From the NCBI GenBank assembly GCA_951406725.2, contig OX597834.1, forward strand, positions 23,870,001 through 23,934,000: a stretch of DNA of 64,000 bases. Reading direction: 5' to 3'. Source of the stretch: Octopus vulgaris. Its lineage: Eukaryota. This document shows, one piece after another, positions 52,283-63,544 of this stretch. The notes beneath the pieces were generated by a model. It was not told where the DNA came from. It saw nothing but the letters and a program-made list of their open reading frames with translations, and did no database searches. The translations under genes and the position numbers were made by a program. The first letter of the stretch is position 1. Every line of letters begins with the position of its first letter.

Positions 52283-52580
52283 TAAATAAATAAATAAATA
52301 ATGAAATTATTGTATACAGTGCTCAGGTGCACCACAACTTGTCAGAAAGTGCATATAAAGTACATGCAGTAATGTAAAAATGTCTGGAAAGCGAACAATG
52401 TATGAGTCAGATACATGCCTGTGTGTGTATGGAGGGGAGAAAATCAGGTGTAGTGTTGGCGAATCTCAGAAATAATGGAAGTTTTGAAGGATGCAGTGCT
52501 CCGACAACTAACAACTGATGCCGGCAGTTTATTCCATGCTTCATCAACTCTCAGCATGAAAAAATGTTTCCTGAAGTCAT
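52283..52580 (-). mobile_element. CR1 LINE 3' end
   Basis: FRKHFFMLRVDEAWNKLPASVV...FK; (TTTA)n tail. Confidence 0.8.
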
Positions 52581-53223
52581 AAACAATGCTAATATGTTCA
52601 TCTATGTCAACCTGATTACAAACACTGATGTTTATGACTGTCCTTTTTCCAAATCTTGGTCATCTTATACCTCTGCTTCTGTTAAGTGACCCCTTCCTCT
52701 ATCCTTTTGTTACTTCTCTTCACCCCTTTGTAACCCCTTTCTCCTTTTCTATATTCTACTTGCATCTCCCCATCTTTTCCTCCCTACTCTACACTCATCA
52801 TTCCTTCAGTGTTCTGCTTCGTTATAACCAGAAATGGCTCTGATGAAAATATCATTAATTTTCTTTAGGTCATTCAATTTTTCTTAACTGATCAACAGAC
52901 CAACTGAGTAAACCTGTCAGTAATATATCTATAATAACTACTGAAAACAATTGTAAGCCAAATTTGCTCTAATAAAGGAAAAATATGTAAAGACCATTAT
53001 CTACAACTTGTCTTATATATATCACTCTGTAAAAACCAGTTTGTCTGGAACCCAAACTGCGGATTTACAGTATAGAATTGTGATGAACCATAACCTTGCA
53101 CCCTAACATAAAAATACTTGAAGCTCTTCACTATTCAAAACAATATTGTTAGCCTGGTGTGCCAACAGAGAGCTTATGAAGTATTCTACCTGGATTGATA
53201 ATCCTTCACTATTAGCACTCTCT

Positions 53224-53264
<41 letters not shown>

Positions 53265-53269
53265 ATAAT

Positions 53270-53925
53270 AATAAAGGATAAAGCGATTAAAGCAGTGGCC
53301 AGCATATAATATATACCTATTAAGGTGAATTTATATATAGATATTTATAATAGTACAACATAAAATTATAATTAAAGGCATAGACGAGACCATGCCTATG
53401 CTGAAAGTAGATGCTAAATCGTCGAACCACTTAGAAACTATCAACTTTATAGCACACGTGTTGAAATCGAGGGAGTAGGCTCATAGAAATTCATAAAATA
53501 GCTTTGGATTGATCAATTTCTGGATTAGTACAAATAACTTTTCCTCATCAGCAAGGCATAATAATAATGGATAAAACCATTACAAATACAATTATAATTA
53601 AGCGCATAGAAGAGACCATGCCTATGTAGACGTTTAGGCATGGTCTCTTCTATGCGCTTAATTATAATTGTATTTTATACTATCAGAAATCTCTATATAA
53701 GAATTCACCTTAATAGGTGTATATTCAGTCTATTCACTTCTGACCTACTCTGACCATATACACATATGCTGAGGTAGACTACAAAATTCAAAGCGATTGT
53801 ATTTGTGGTATAGCTTTGCGTTTGCTTTCCTGTGGGTCTGTATAAATATCTCATTTATTTCCCTAAGTATGCCTTGCTGATGAGGGAAAGTTATTGGACT
53901 AATCCACAAATGATGAATCCAAGGT
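53270..53925. mobile_element. Inverted pair of hammerhead-bearing PLE-pLTR/retrozyme-like units
   Basis: Hammerheads at 53501-53557 (-) and 53871-53925 (+); perfect 41-bp inverted repeat 53584-53624 / 53635-53675. Confidence 0.7.
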
Positions 53926-53943
53926 TAACTATGTATGTATGTA

Positions 53944-55081
53944 TGAGGTGGTATCCCAAAGGTTCCTGGACTCATTATGTTTAATAAAAAATAACTTATT
54001 TACCTAAGTTTTAACATCATCTTTGAAACAGTCACCTTGTGCAGTAGCACACCACTCCCCAGCATTACCGTCACTTTTAGAATCCAGTCTTGAAGTCGTT
54101 TTCCATAAGCAAGTCAACGACCTTTTGCAATTCGTTCTTGATCTTCACAACAGTGTTAAAACTGTGACTTTTGAGCTGCCTTTTCATCTTGGGGAAGTGA
54201 TGGAAGTCAACAGGTGCTAAATCTGGTGAATAGGACGAGTGTGGAAGCAATACCATGGTGAGAAACTCATGAGTGAGGAGAGCTCGGTGACAGGGTGGAT
54301 TGTCGTGAAAACTCCATTTCTTTCCAGATGTTAGGATTGCCTGCACAGACCCATATGAAAGACTAACAACATCAGCAATGTCATTGATTGTCCTCTGACC
54401 CTCATCATGCACAAGCTGATGAATTTTCCCCACATTTCCAGGGGTGATGCTCATAGATCTTCCAGATCCCCCATTGTCTTCCAGGGATCTCCTGCTTTTG
54501 AAGTGCCCATGCCACTCAAATCATTGCGTATGCCTTGTTGCCATAAGCTTGCTGAAGCATACTCAATGTCTCTGTAGCAGACTTCCCAAGTTTAACATGA
54601 AATTTCACACTGGTATTTTGTTCCAACTTCTTGTCCATGACAAAATTTGCAGACTCTCACAGCATACATGTGATCCCAGAAACACATATTTCACAACTTG
54701 CAGAGTAAACTCAGTGATGTCACTTAGCACACTGCCTCATGAAGGTCACTGCTAGCTCTCACTGTGCACACAACCATGTACTACCATCTGTTGGTGTGCT
54801 ACAGAAGGTGGTGAGCTGGCAGAAACGTTAGCACGCCGGACGAAATGTGTAGCCGTATTTCGTCTGCCGTTACGTTCTGAGTTCAAATTCCGCCGAGGTC
54901 GACTTTGCCTTTCATCCTTTCGGGGTTGATAAATTAAGTACCAGTTACGCACTGGGGTCGATGTAATCGATTTAGTCCGTTTGTTTGTCCTTGTTTGTCC
55001 CCTCTGTGTTTAGCCCCTTGTGGGTAGTAAAGAAATAGGTGTGCTACAGAACTAGTCCAGGAACTTTTTGATACCACCGCA
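53944..55081 (-). mobile_element. mariner transposon, internally deleted, with SINE C at 54807-55037
   Basis: TIRs TGAGGTGGTATC..AAAGGTTCCTGGACT, TA TSD, HDN..CH and YSPDLAP.DF motifs; SINE TSD GGTGTGCTACAGAA. Confidence 0.9.
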
Positions 55082-55424
55082 TACAGACAGACAGATAAAT
55101 ACATATAATGTTTGGGTAGACCATTGCATGATATGAAAAAAATGTCATAGTAAATATAAAAGATTTTCAACAACCAAGAGAACCAAAAATCAGGAGACTC
55201 AGTTGCTGCAAGTTGACAGTCTTTCTTCACTCTTATTCACTGCCAGGCTGAAAACTACAAAAGTGCTCAACACCTGCAGAACTTCTGAAACTATTGGGTT
55301 GAAGACAGAGAAAAAAGAGAACATCAAAATTGCTTTGACAAGAAACCCAGGACAATCAGCAAGTTTCTGAAGGATATACATAAAGGTCACAGAGAAACTG
55401 GACAATTCCACATCATACATTCAT

Positions 55425-55650
55425 CACCATCGTTTAACGTCCGTTTTCCACGCTAGCACGGGTTGGACTGTTCGACCAGGGTGTGGGAAGCCAGGAGGCT
55501 GCACCAGGCTCCAGTCTGATCTGGCAGTGTTTCTACAGCTGGATGCCCTTCCTAATGCCAACCACTCCATGAGTGTAGTGTGTGCTTTTTACGTGCCACC
55601 GGCACAGGTGCCAGGGGAGTCTGGCAGCGGCCACGATCGGTTGGTGCTTG
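55425..55650 (-). mobile_element. RTE-associated repeat family A copy
   Basis: Similar to 905-1192. Confidence 0.7.
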
Positions 55651-56041
55651 AAAATTGGCAATCTTTTTGGACAGACTTTGGACAGGGAGAAATGAGAAGA
55701 GAGGATATATGTAGAGTCACGTTTGGCCTCTCCAACCATATATGTCATTGAAAAGAGCTACATTTAAAGGATTCAGTTGATTAATCATCCAAAGGATCCA
55801 CAAATAAATGTAAAATGATCAACACTGAATTCAACAGAAAACCCCAAGAAAACAATTGCTGAGTTGAGATTTATATATATGTGTTTATTGTGGTATACAT
55901 TACATGTGTTTAATGTGGTGTGTTATGGTATATACGAGTACTTAGGGTGGTGTGTCATATTATATATAAGTGTGTTGTAGAGTTGTAGTATATGACCAAT
56001 GATATACAATATCACACATAATGTCATTAAAAATCACTTAC

Positions 56042-56103
56042 TTGGTATTGTAGAATTTTCCTGATGGTTTATCTTTGAAAGCTGTCTTAGATGTTTGCTC
56101 ACC
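56042..56103 (-). CDS. C1orf21: C1orf21-family coding exon 3 (GEQTSKTAFKDKPSGKFYNT)
   Basis: ttttcag acceptor and GTAAGT donor; 62 nt, phases 0/2 join exons 2 and 4 in frame. Confidence 0.8.
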
Positions 56104-56322
56104 CTGAAAATAATGAAATTATGTCTAAGAGTCACTATGCAAGGCTATTGAATGTTAAGGATGAATGGGATAAAGGGAGTCCCTCAACAGTGTGGTAGAT
56201 AAGGCAATTAAAGATATGAAAACAAGGAAAGCTCCTGGTCCAACCGGAGTCACAGCTGAGATACTTTTATTGCAAACTGTTAAATTTAGCCTGAACACTG
56301 TGTGTGTGTAAGTGCATGTATG

Positions 56323-56380
<58 letters not shown>

Positions 56381-57852
56381 GTACATAGACAGAATCACAC
56401 ATGTCATTATATATAGATATTTACATTTCTTGAAATTTCAAATATTTTTGTCTGTAACTACTCTGATTGTCTAATGTTCAAAACTTCAACAACTAACTCT
56501 GAAAATAAATCATTAAACTCTATTATATGTACTGAATACTAGTTTCTCTCTCTCGTTTTCAAACACATATATAGTGAATGAAATAAGTTGTGGCTTGCTT
56601 GTTGTAGAGCAAAGGTTTTCCCCTTTTCTCTTGATAACTTTCAGCTTTGGGTGCCTGATCATCAAGTTTTATTAAAAAGTAGGAATGAGGATAGAACCCT
56701 CCTATCTTCAGGGAAATGGTCCAACTTGATAAGCAGAAAAGGAGTGGGTATAAATTTCATACATTGTACCTAATGTAAGCTAAGGACACACAAGAAGTGT
56801 GGAATCACAGGGAAACTAAGGAAATAGGTTCTCTTGACTGCCCAGATAGTATTCTAGAAGTAGTTAATAGCTTTTGTTACTTAGTAGGGGAGGAAGTTGC
56901 TCTGCAAGTATAGTAGCTAGAGTAAGAAAGAGAAAGTTTAGGGAGCTACTATCATTGGCAACAAAATTCCTTCACAGCAAAGAACAGTTTGTATGATGCT
57001 TGTGTCAGAACTGTGATGTTGCATGGTAGTGAGTGTGGGCACTGAATGCTGAAGAGGCTAGGAAGACATGAATAAGTATGATCTAATGGATGTGCAATGT
57101 ATGAAAGCCAGAACACAAATTTGCTGAGAGAAAAACTAAATATAAGAGAAATCAGATGAGGAGTGCAAGAGTGGAGGCTGCACTGTTATGATCATGTGAT
57201 GCATATCAAGGATGACTGCCACATACATCATCATCATCATCATCATCATCGTTTAACGTCTGCTTTCCATGCTAGCATGGGTTGGACGATTTTGACTGAG
57301 GGCTGGCGAACCAGATGGTTGCACCAGTCTCCAATCTTGATTTGGCAGAGTTTCTACAGCTGGATGCCCTTCCTAACGCCAACCACTCCGAGAGTGTAGT
57401 GAGGGCTTAAACAGCTTGTGCTAGAAGAACCTGTGGAAGAGGGAAACCAAGGTTGTGGGAGTGTTCATAGTTATTTGTAGGTTTGTTCTAGATGAAGGGG
57501 TCCATGATGTTTACAAGTTTTGTCTGGAGGAAGGAGCCTGTATCCATGGTGTTTGCAAGTTTGGTCTAGAGGAAGGGGTTCCACGGCATTTAGAAATACT
57601 TAGCAAATTCTGAGATTGTTCCTCTTTAATGTGCAGGAACATCAACTGACTGAAACAACAGCGAACATTCTCCTGCGACCATTGATTCGTAGTCGTTTAA
57701 GTCAATAGTTGCAGAAAAGTCGTGCAGAGAAAAAGCTGTAATAGAGTTGTCAGTCTGTGGAAGGACTGGGAATTTGTGATTAGTGTGAGGCCCAGGAGGG
57801 AAGATGATATGGGAAAGGCAAGATGAATGTGGCTTGAGTGGTTGTTACTGCT

Positions 57853-57888
<36 letters not shown>

Positions 57889-57890
57889 AC

Positions 57891-58303
57891 CTTAGGTTGA
57901 TCCTTCTTGTTAACAGATCCTTTGTCATCCGCACTTCTCTTGTCAATTTGTTCGGGCGAGACAACACTTAAATTACTGGAATGTCCATCGTATTGTAGTA
58001 CCACTGTGCTACCATTACTCCGACTGTTGTGACTGTCATCGTTGTGGCACTGGTTGCTGGACAATTTCGGTGACACTGTCTTCGATGGACACAACTTTGC
58101 TTGTTTCTGATGCAGTGAGTTCTTCACATGTATTTGTTCAGTGGTGGAAGGGCGCAGCGCTTGTTCCAATGGCCGGTGGTGGCTGCGCTGCAAACTCTGT
58201 GATTGCACACTGCCCTGTGTGGATGACACCTGATGATGACGACCCATCTGATGCTGTTGGAGAGCTTGTTGTTTCAGAATACCTTTCACTTCTTTCTTGC
58301 TCC
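57891..58303 (-). CDS. C1orf21: C1orf21-family coding exon 2 (Q/H/S-rich, KGILK)
   Basis: Polypyrimidine tract plus tttcag acceptor, AAG/GTTAGT donor, open frame, phases 1/0. Confidence 0.8.
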
Positions 58304-58386
58304 CTGAAATTACAAGCAAAAGGAGAAATGCTGGTGTACACATTGAAACATAGCCATATATATACACACATACATGTACAGTATAT

Positions 58387-58593
58387 ACTCTTTTACTTGT
58401 TTCAGTCCTTTGACTGCGGCCATGCTGGAGCACTGCCTTTAGTTGAGCAAATCGACCCCGGGACTTATTCTTTGTAAGACCAGTACTTATTCTATCGGTC
58501 TCTTTTGCCGAACCGCTAAGTGACAGCGACGTAAACACACCAGCATCGGTTGTCAAGCAATGCTTGGGGGACAAACACAGACACACAAACATG

Positions 58594-58627
<34 letters not shown>

Positions 58628-58800
58628 CATACATATATACGATGGGCTTCTTTCAGTTTCCGTCTACCAAATCCACTCACAAGGCTTTGGTCGGCCTGAG
58701 GCTATAGTAGAAGACACTTGCCCAAGGTGCCACGCAGTGGGACTGAACCCGGAACCATGTGGTTGGTAAATAAGCTACTTACCACACAGCCACTCCTGTG
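58387..58800 (-). mobile_element. SINE family B, full length
   Basis: As 9687-10068. Confidence 0.85.
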
Positions 58801-59002
58801 CCTATCTATATATTTTTTTATTCTTTTACTTGTTTCAATCATTTGACTGTGGTCATGCTGGAGCACCACCAGTAATGGCACAAATCAACCCCAGGACTTA
58901 TTCTTTGTAAGCCTAGTACTTATTCTAGCATCAGTTGTCAAGCGATGTTGCGAGGACAAAGACAGACACACAAACATATACACACAATTGCATACATTTT
59001 AA

Positions 59003-59340
59003 TTTTTTTGAATTTTATCTAGTTTCAGCTTACGAGCTGTGGCCATGCTGAGGCACCGCCATTTGGTGTTGCTACATGATTTTACTTCATGAATGCTTTT
59101 TAGCAATTGCCATTTGGTGCATGAGAGAGTTTGATGCAGCTGCCCTCATCTGCACCTCCTGCCGTGAAGTTGGTTCATCTGGGACACCTGACAGGAAGAG
59201 ATCCAGTTTTATTTTAAAGACATCTGCATCCACCCCATGCAGGTCTCTCAGGAGGATATTGAAGAGCTGTGGGCCACTGAAGCCCAGGCTATCACAGTAT
59301 CTTGTCCTACATCTTGATGGCAAATTTGGAGTCCTTGGCA
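59003..59340 (-). mobile_element. CR1 LINE 3' end (same family as 11280-12610)
   Basis: YCDSLGFSGPQLFNIL...FKIKLDLFL...AASNSL. Confidence 0.75.
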
Positions 59341-59654
59341 CATATATATATATATATACAATGGGCTTCTTTCAGTTTCTGTCTACCAAATCCACTCATA
59401 AGGCTTTGGTTGGTCCGAGGCTATAGTAGAAGACACTCGCTCAAGATACCATGCAATAATACTCTAATGTAGCTTTTATGTAGGATTAGGGTAAAGGGTC
59501 AGCAGTTGATTAGAGCTTGTGTTTTCTGGCCTTAGCTAGGCCATGTACATGGTGTAACGAACAAAGAAGTTGAGGAGATTACCATTACTGGCAATTGTGA
59601 GGAATTGCATGCTGGAGAAATAATAAGACAATTCAAGACTTGTGTACAATTTAA

Positions 59655-60446
59655 CCCTTTCGTTACCAACCCGGCCAAAACCAGCTCTGGCTCTGTAGTA
59701 CAAATGTCTTGTTTACATAAGTTTTGCATTAAAATATACCACCAAACCTTAGTCGCAATTTATGTCCCTAACCCTAGCCGAATGATAACTAAGTTATTTT
59801 ACTAAATTCTTTGTTATATCTATATATATAAAAGTAAGGTTGTGTGGTGTCTGTCTCCTACGATTTAGATTCCTAACTACTCCCACATGTTGCGGTGCAG
59901 TTTAACCAAAAGCGGGTATCTTATAGTCGTGATTCATATCGAGCTCTTCTGGGTATTAGCGCGCGTCTACGATGAGTCTACGATTTAAAAAAAAATTTAC
60001 CATCATTTTCCCCCATTTTTAATGCATTTTTTTTTGCTATTATATAAGGGAAGTAACTCTCTAAAAATGTATTATTAAATCTCAGAACGTAAAAAGCTAC
60101 AGTAACACCCCGCTTTGTGGTTAGCCATTGCGGATCTGTGGAACAAGCTGCCAGACGAGATGGTGAAGATGCCGACGACCGCTTTGTTCAAAGTCTCCCT
60201 TGACCTCAAGTGGCCTGAACTCTTTACATGAACACCACCCTGTACTTAACTCCATGTCCCCCTACATGGCCTTGCTTTTTGATTTTGAGCCAAAAAATTA
60301 ACTAACTAACTAACTAACTTTACATCTCTAAAAATGCTTATATAGTTATTTCCCTTACAAACCCGAGCAACGCCGGGCGATACTGCTAGTTTAAAATAAT
60401 TGAAAGAAACACAGAGCATCTCAAAATAAATACAGTAACGAAAGGG
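59655..60446. mobile_element. piggyBac-type MITE interrupted by a Helitron
   Basis: TTAA/CCCTTTCGTTAC ... GTAACGAAAGGG/TTAA; inverted copy of 229-448. Confidence 0.85.
59819..60389 (+). mobile_element. Non-autonomous Helitron
   Basis: 5' TC(TA)nAAAA, subterminal hairpin CCCGAGC-AAC-GCCGGG, 3' CTAG; inserted between A and T with no TSD (the empty site is visible in the other MITE copy). Confidence 0.9.
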
Positions 60447-60508
60447 TTAAACAAGATAACAAAAATACGTAAAAAAAAAAAAAAACATGACACCTGTTGG
60501 TTACTCAC

Positions 60509-60641
60509 CGATTCTGTGAGATGATTTGTCACCTTTTTTACATGCATGTGACTTTGGATGCTTTCTCGTGGATGCACTGCAGTCCTTATCTACCTCCTCT
60601 AGGGAAGAGGTAGAATGTGGCTTGCTTCTGCCGCAGCCCAT
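60509..60641 (-). CDS. C1orf21: C1orf21-family coding exon 1 (MGCGRSK...)
   Basis: ACAATGG start context, MGCxxS acylation motif, G/GTGAGT donor (phase 1); upstream acceptor places the exon start at 60689. Confidence 0.8.
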
Positions 60642-60778
60642 TGTCCCCTTTAACAACATTGAGATATGATCTGCTACTAAAACTTGATTCTGAAAGTCAA
60701 TATAAAGAGGAAATGCAATATAAAAATGTGTGTGTGTATATGTGTGTGTATATAATATAAATAACATATGTATACGTT

Positions 60779-61147
60779 TCTTTACTCTTTTACTCTTTTA
60801 CTTGTTTCAGTCATTTGACTGCGGCCATGCTGGAGCACCGCCTTTAGTCGAGCAAATCGACCCCGGGACTTATTCTTTGTAAGCCCAGTACTTATTCTAT
60901 CGGTCTCTTTTGCCGAACCGCTAAGTGACGGAGACGTAAACACACCAGCATCAGTTGTCAAGCAATGCTAGGGGGACAAAGACAGACACAGACACACACA
61001 TATACATATATACGACAGGCTTCTTTCAGTTTCCGTCTACCAAATCCACTCACAAGGCATTGGTTGGCCCGGGGCTATAGCAGAAGACACTTGCCCAAGA
61101 TGCCATGCAGTGGGACTGAACCCGGAACACACAGCCACTCCTGCGCC
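60779..61147 (-). mobile_element. SINE family B
   Basis: As 9687-10068, with a small deletion in the head. Confidence 0.85.
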
Positions 61148-61190
61148 TAGAAACTAATATGTGTGTATATAAATATAAAATATTACAATT

Positions 61191-61286
61191 AACCTGAAGA
61201 TTGACTGTAACCATAATTCGAATTATTAATTGAATTTAAATTATTGCTATTCGAATTGGTTACGGGCATAAAACGATCGTAGTGTT
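61191..61286 (+). ncRNA. Type-I hammerhead-like motif with long stem II, G12A
   Basis: AAC-CTGAAGA-[~20-bp stem II]-AAAA-CGATCG-TA-GT. Confidence 0.55.
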
Positions 61287-62829
61287 TTTACTCTTTATCT
61301 TATATTAAACTTTTAATACTTTTTGATAGTTATATAATTAAAAAAAAAAAATAAATAAAAATAAATATATATATATTTTAAATTTATAAGTTTAAATTAT
61401 TTAAATAATTTTATATTTCATATTTTATATTATTTTTTATCAATTTTATTTCTATGTATTGGCTTATGATTTTCACTGTTTGATTTGCCTAATAGTGGTT
61501 TTATCTCTAATTTAATATAATATATATCCCTCTCTCTCTCTTTCGGAGAGGCACTGAGCAGCTATACGCACACATACACACATGGCAATAACTTCCACCT
61601 ACCGAGTTCAATCACAAAGCTTCGGTCGGCTCGGGGCTATAGCGGAAGACACCAACCCAAAGTACCACGCAGTGGGAATGAACCTGAAACCATGTAGATA
61701 TAGATATATATATATATATATGTGTGTGTGTGCATATATGGGTACAGGACACCACCAACTGTGTAAACAACATGAAATAGAAAAACAAACAAGTTAGATA
61801 TGCAAACAATGAGAGAAAAAAACGAAAAACAGGACAAGTAAACACAGAGAAACAACCCTTCATCTGTTGTTGGCTGTCTATCTATTCCTCATTTCGAGCA
61901 TTCAACGACATTATGAGTCTTCAAAGACAGTTGCTCCCATAAATTCTAAAATAAAATTTAGGATTTATGGAGGGTCAAAGTTGGGAATGAAAACAGGACA
62001 GTGGGGCATACAAGGAAACCAAGTGAAAACAGACATGGAGGGTCGTTAGACCAGAACAAGAGGAAAATAGTGAATGCTGGGAGAAATATTTTCTTTGAAA
62101 AGAGGAAAGATAGAGGAGAGAGAAAAAAATCTTCAGTTCTTTGAATGTCCATGCAGAAGAGAAAGATGGTCGTATGAGGAAACGAAAGATGAACGATGAT
62201 CACACGTAGGCAACAAGAAAGAGAGAAAAAGAGAAAGAGGGAGAGAGATAGAAAACGGTGAAGTCGAGAAGTTTGCTTCAGAACCCCATGGTTTAAGTAT
62301 TGTTCCCACTGTTGGCTGATTTTTCTACCATGGACAAGGGCTAACTAAGGGTCTTGTGACTGAAGCTGGAAGAAGCCTGTCATGTATGCATACACAAACA
62401 TGTATACACACACACACATACATACACAAGTATATCCCTCTCTCACTTTTGGAGAGGCACTGAGCAGCTATACGCACACATACACACACGGCAGTAACTT
62501 CCGCCTACCGAATTCAATCACAAAGCTTCGGTCGACTCGGGGCTATAGTGGAAGACACCTGCCCAAAGTTCCACGCAATGGGACTGAACCCGAAATCATA
62601 TAGCTAGGAAGCAAGCTCCCTAACCACACAGCCTTGTATATTGTAATGTAAGAGTTGTAAAGTAAATTAAATTATATTTCACAGAGTTCAAAGAATCTGA
62701 TTTAGAACTCAATACACTGGGTAGAGGAGTAGATAGATATATTTATCACATCAAAATTTGAATCTACTCTGAGTTTCACTCAAGATCTACTCAACTTGAC
62801 AGTCTATTCTAACATACATTTGGGCTGAA

Positions 62830-63400
62830 GACTCTGGATAATTTCCAAAAGTCTTTGACTTGGCAATGTTACCGAGGAGCCTTCCCCATTCAGGATAAGC
62901 TCGCAAAACATGGTCAATGCAACACACCGATCTGTCCAAGATGCGGGCGGGATAGAGAAACTGTCCCGCATGCTATTCTTCAGTGCTTGGAGGTGTCAGA
63001 GGTGTGGGCTTATGCAGAACATCTGTTGTCTGGTGCAGGAAGAGTACGGCTATTGTCTGAGTCAATTGTAAATATTGACCCACCTGATTTCCTGTCGAAT
63101 GAAGGTAAGAATTGTTTCCTCATAGCAGTAACAATTATGAAAGTAGTAGGAATAACAACAGACAGTTTCATCTCTGGCCTCAGTCTTCAGAGATACTTTG
63201 CGCTTCATCTGAAAAGGAAAGTGTGGCTGGAGAGGAAATGCCTGTTGGAGAAAATGTTCAATGATAGATGGAAGTACATGGCATGAGTGTTGCGAGTGGA
63301 TGTAACTATGCGAACATGTCAGGAGTACATTGCCGATATCAGTGGTCGATTGGGGCTTGTGGTGTCAGAGCTGAACTCAAATCACCACTCCATTCATTTT
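62830..63400 (+). mobile_element. L1/Tx1-type LINE 3' fragment (zf-RVT)
   Basis: W...RGAFP...CPRCGRDRETVPHAILQC...VW. Confidence 0.75.
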
Positions 63401-63544
63401 GTCTTTTATTTGTTTATCATACGTTTATATGTCTTGTATTAAATTTTTAATTGCATCTCATTGTTATGTCATAATGGTTCATCTGACCCCTAAAATCAAA
63501 TTGTGTTGTTCTCTTTATGTTGGCCCCTAGTGGGCAAAAAAAAA

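Noticed and set aside
55199-55250. Possible minus-strand acceptor/exon (LAVNKSEERLSTCSN*)
   Set aside because: It introduces a stop before the conserved exon 4 and has no independent support
58138-58371. Alternative frame of exon 2 (EQERSERYSETTSS...)
   Set aside because: Incompatible with the phase-1 donor of exon 1 and would lose the conserved C-terminus
61850-61940. Minus-strand GAAA...CAGATGA type-II hammerhead candidate
   Set aside because: Could not build stems I and III
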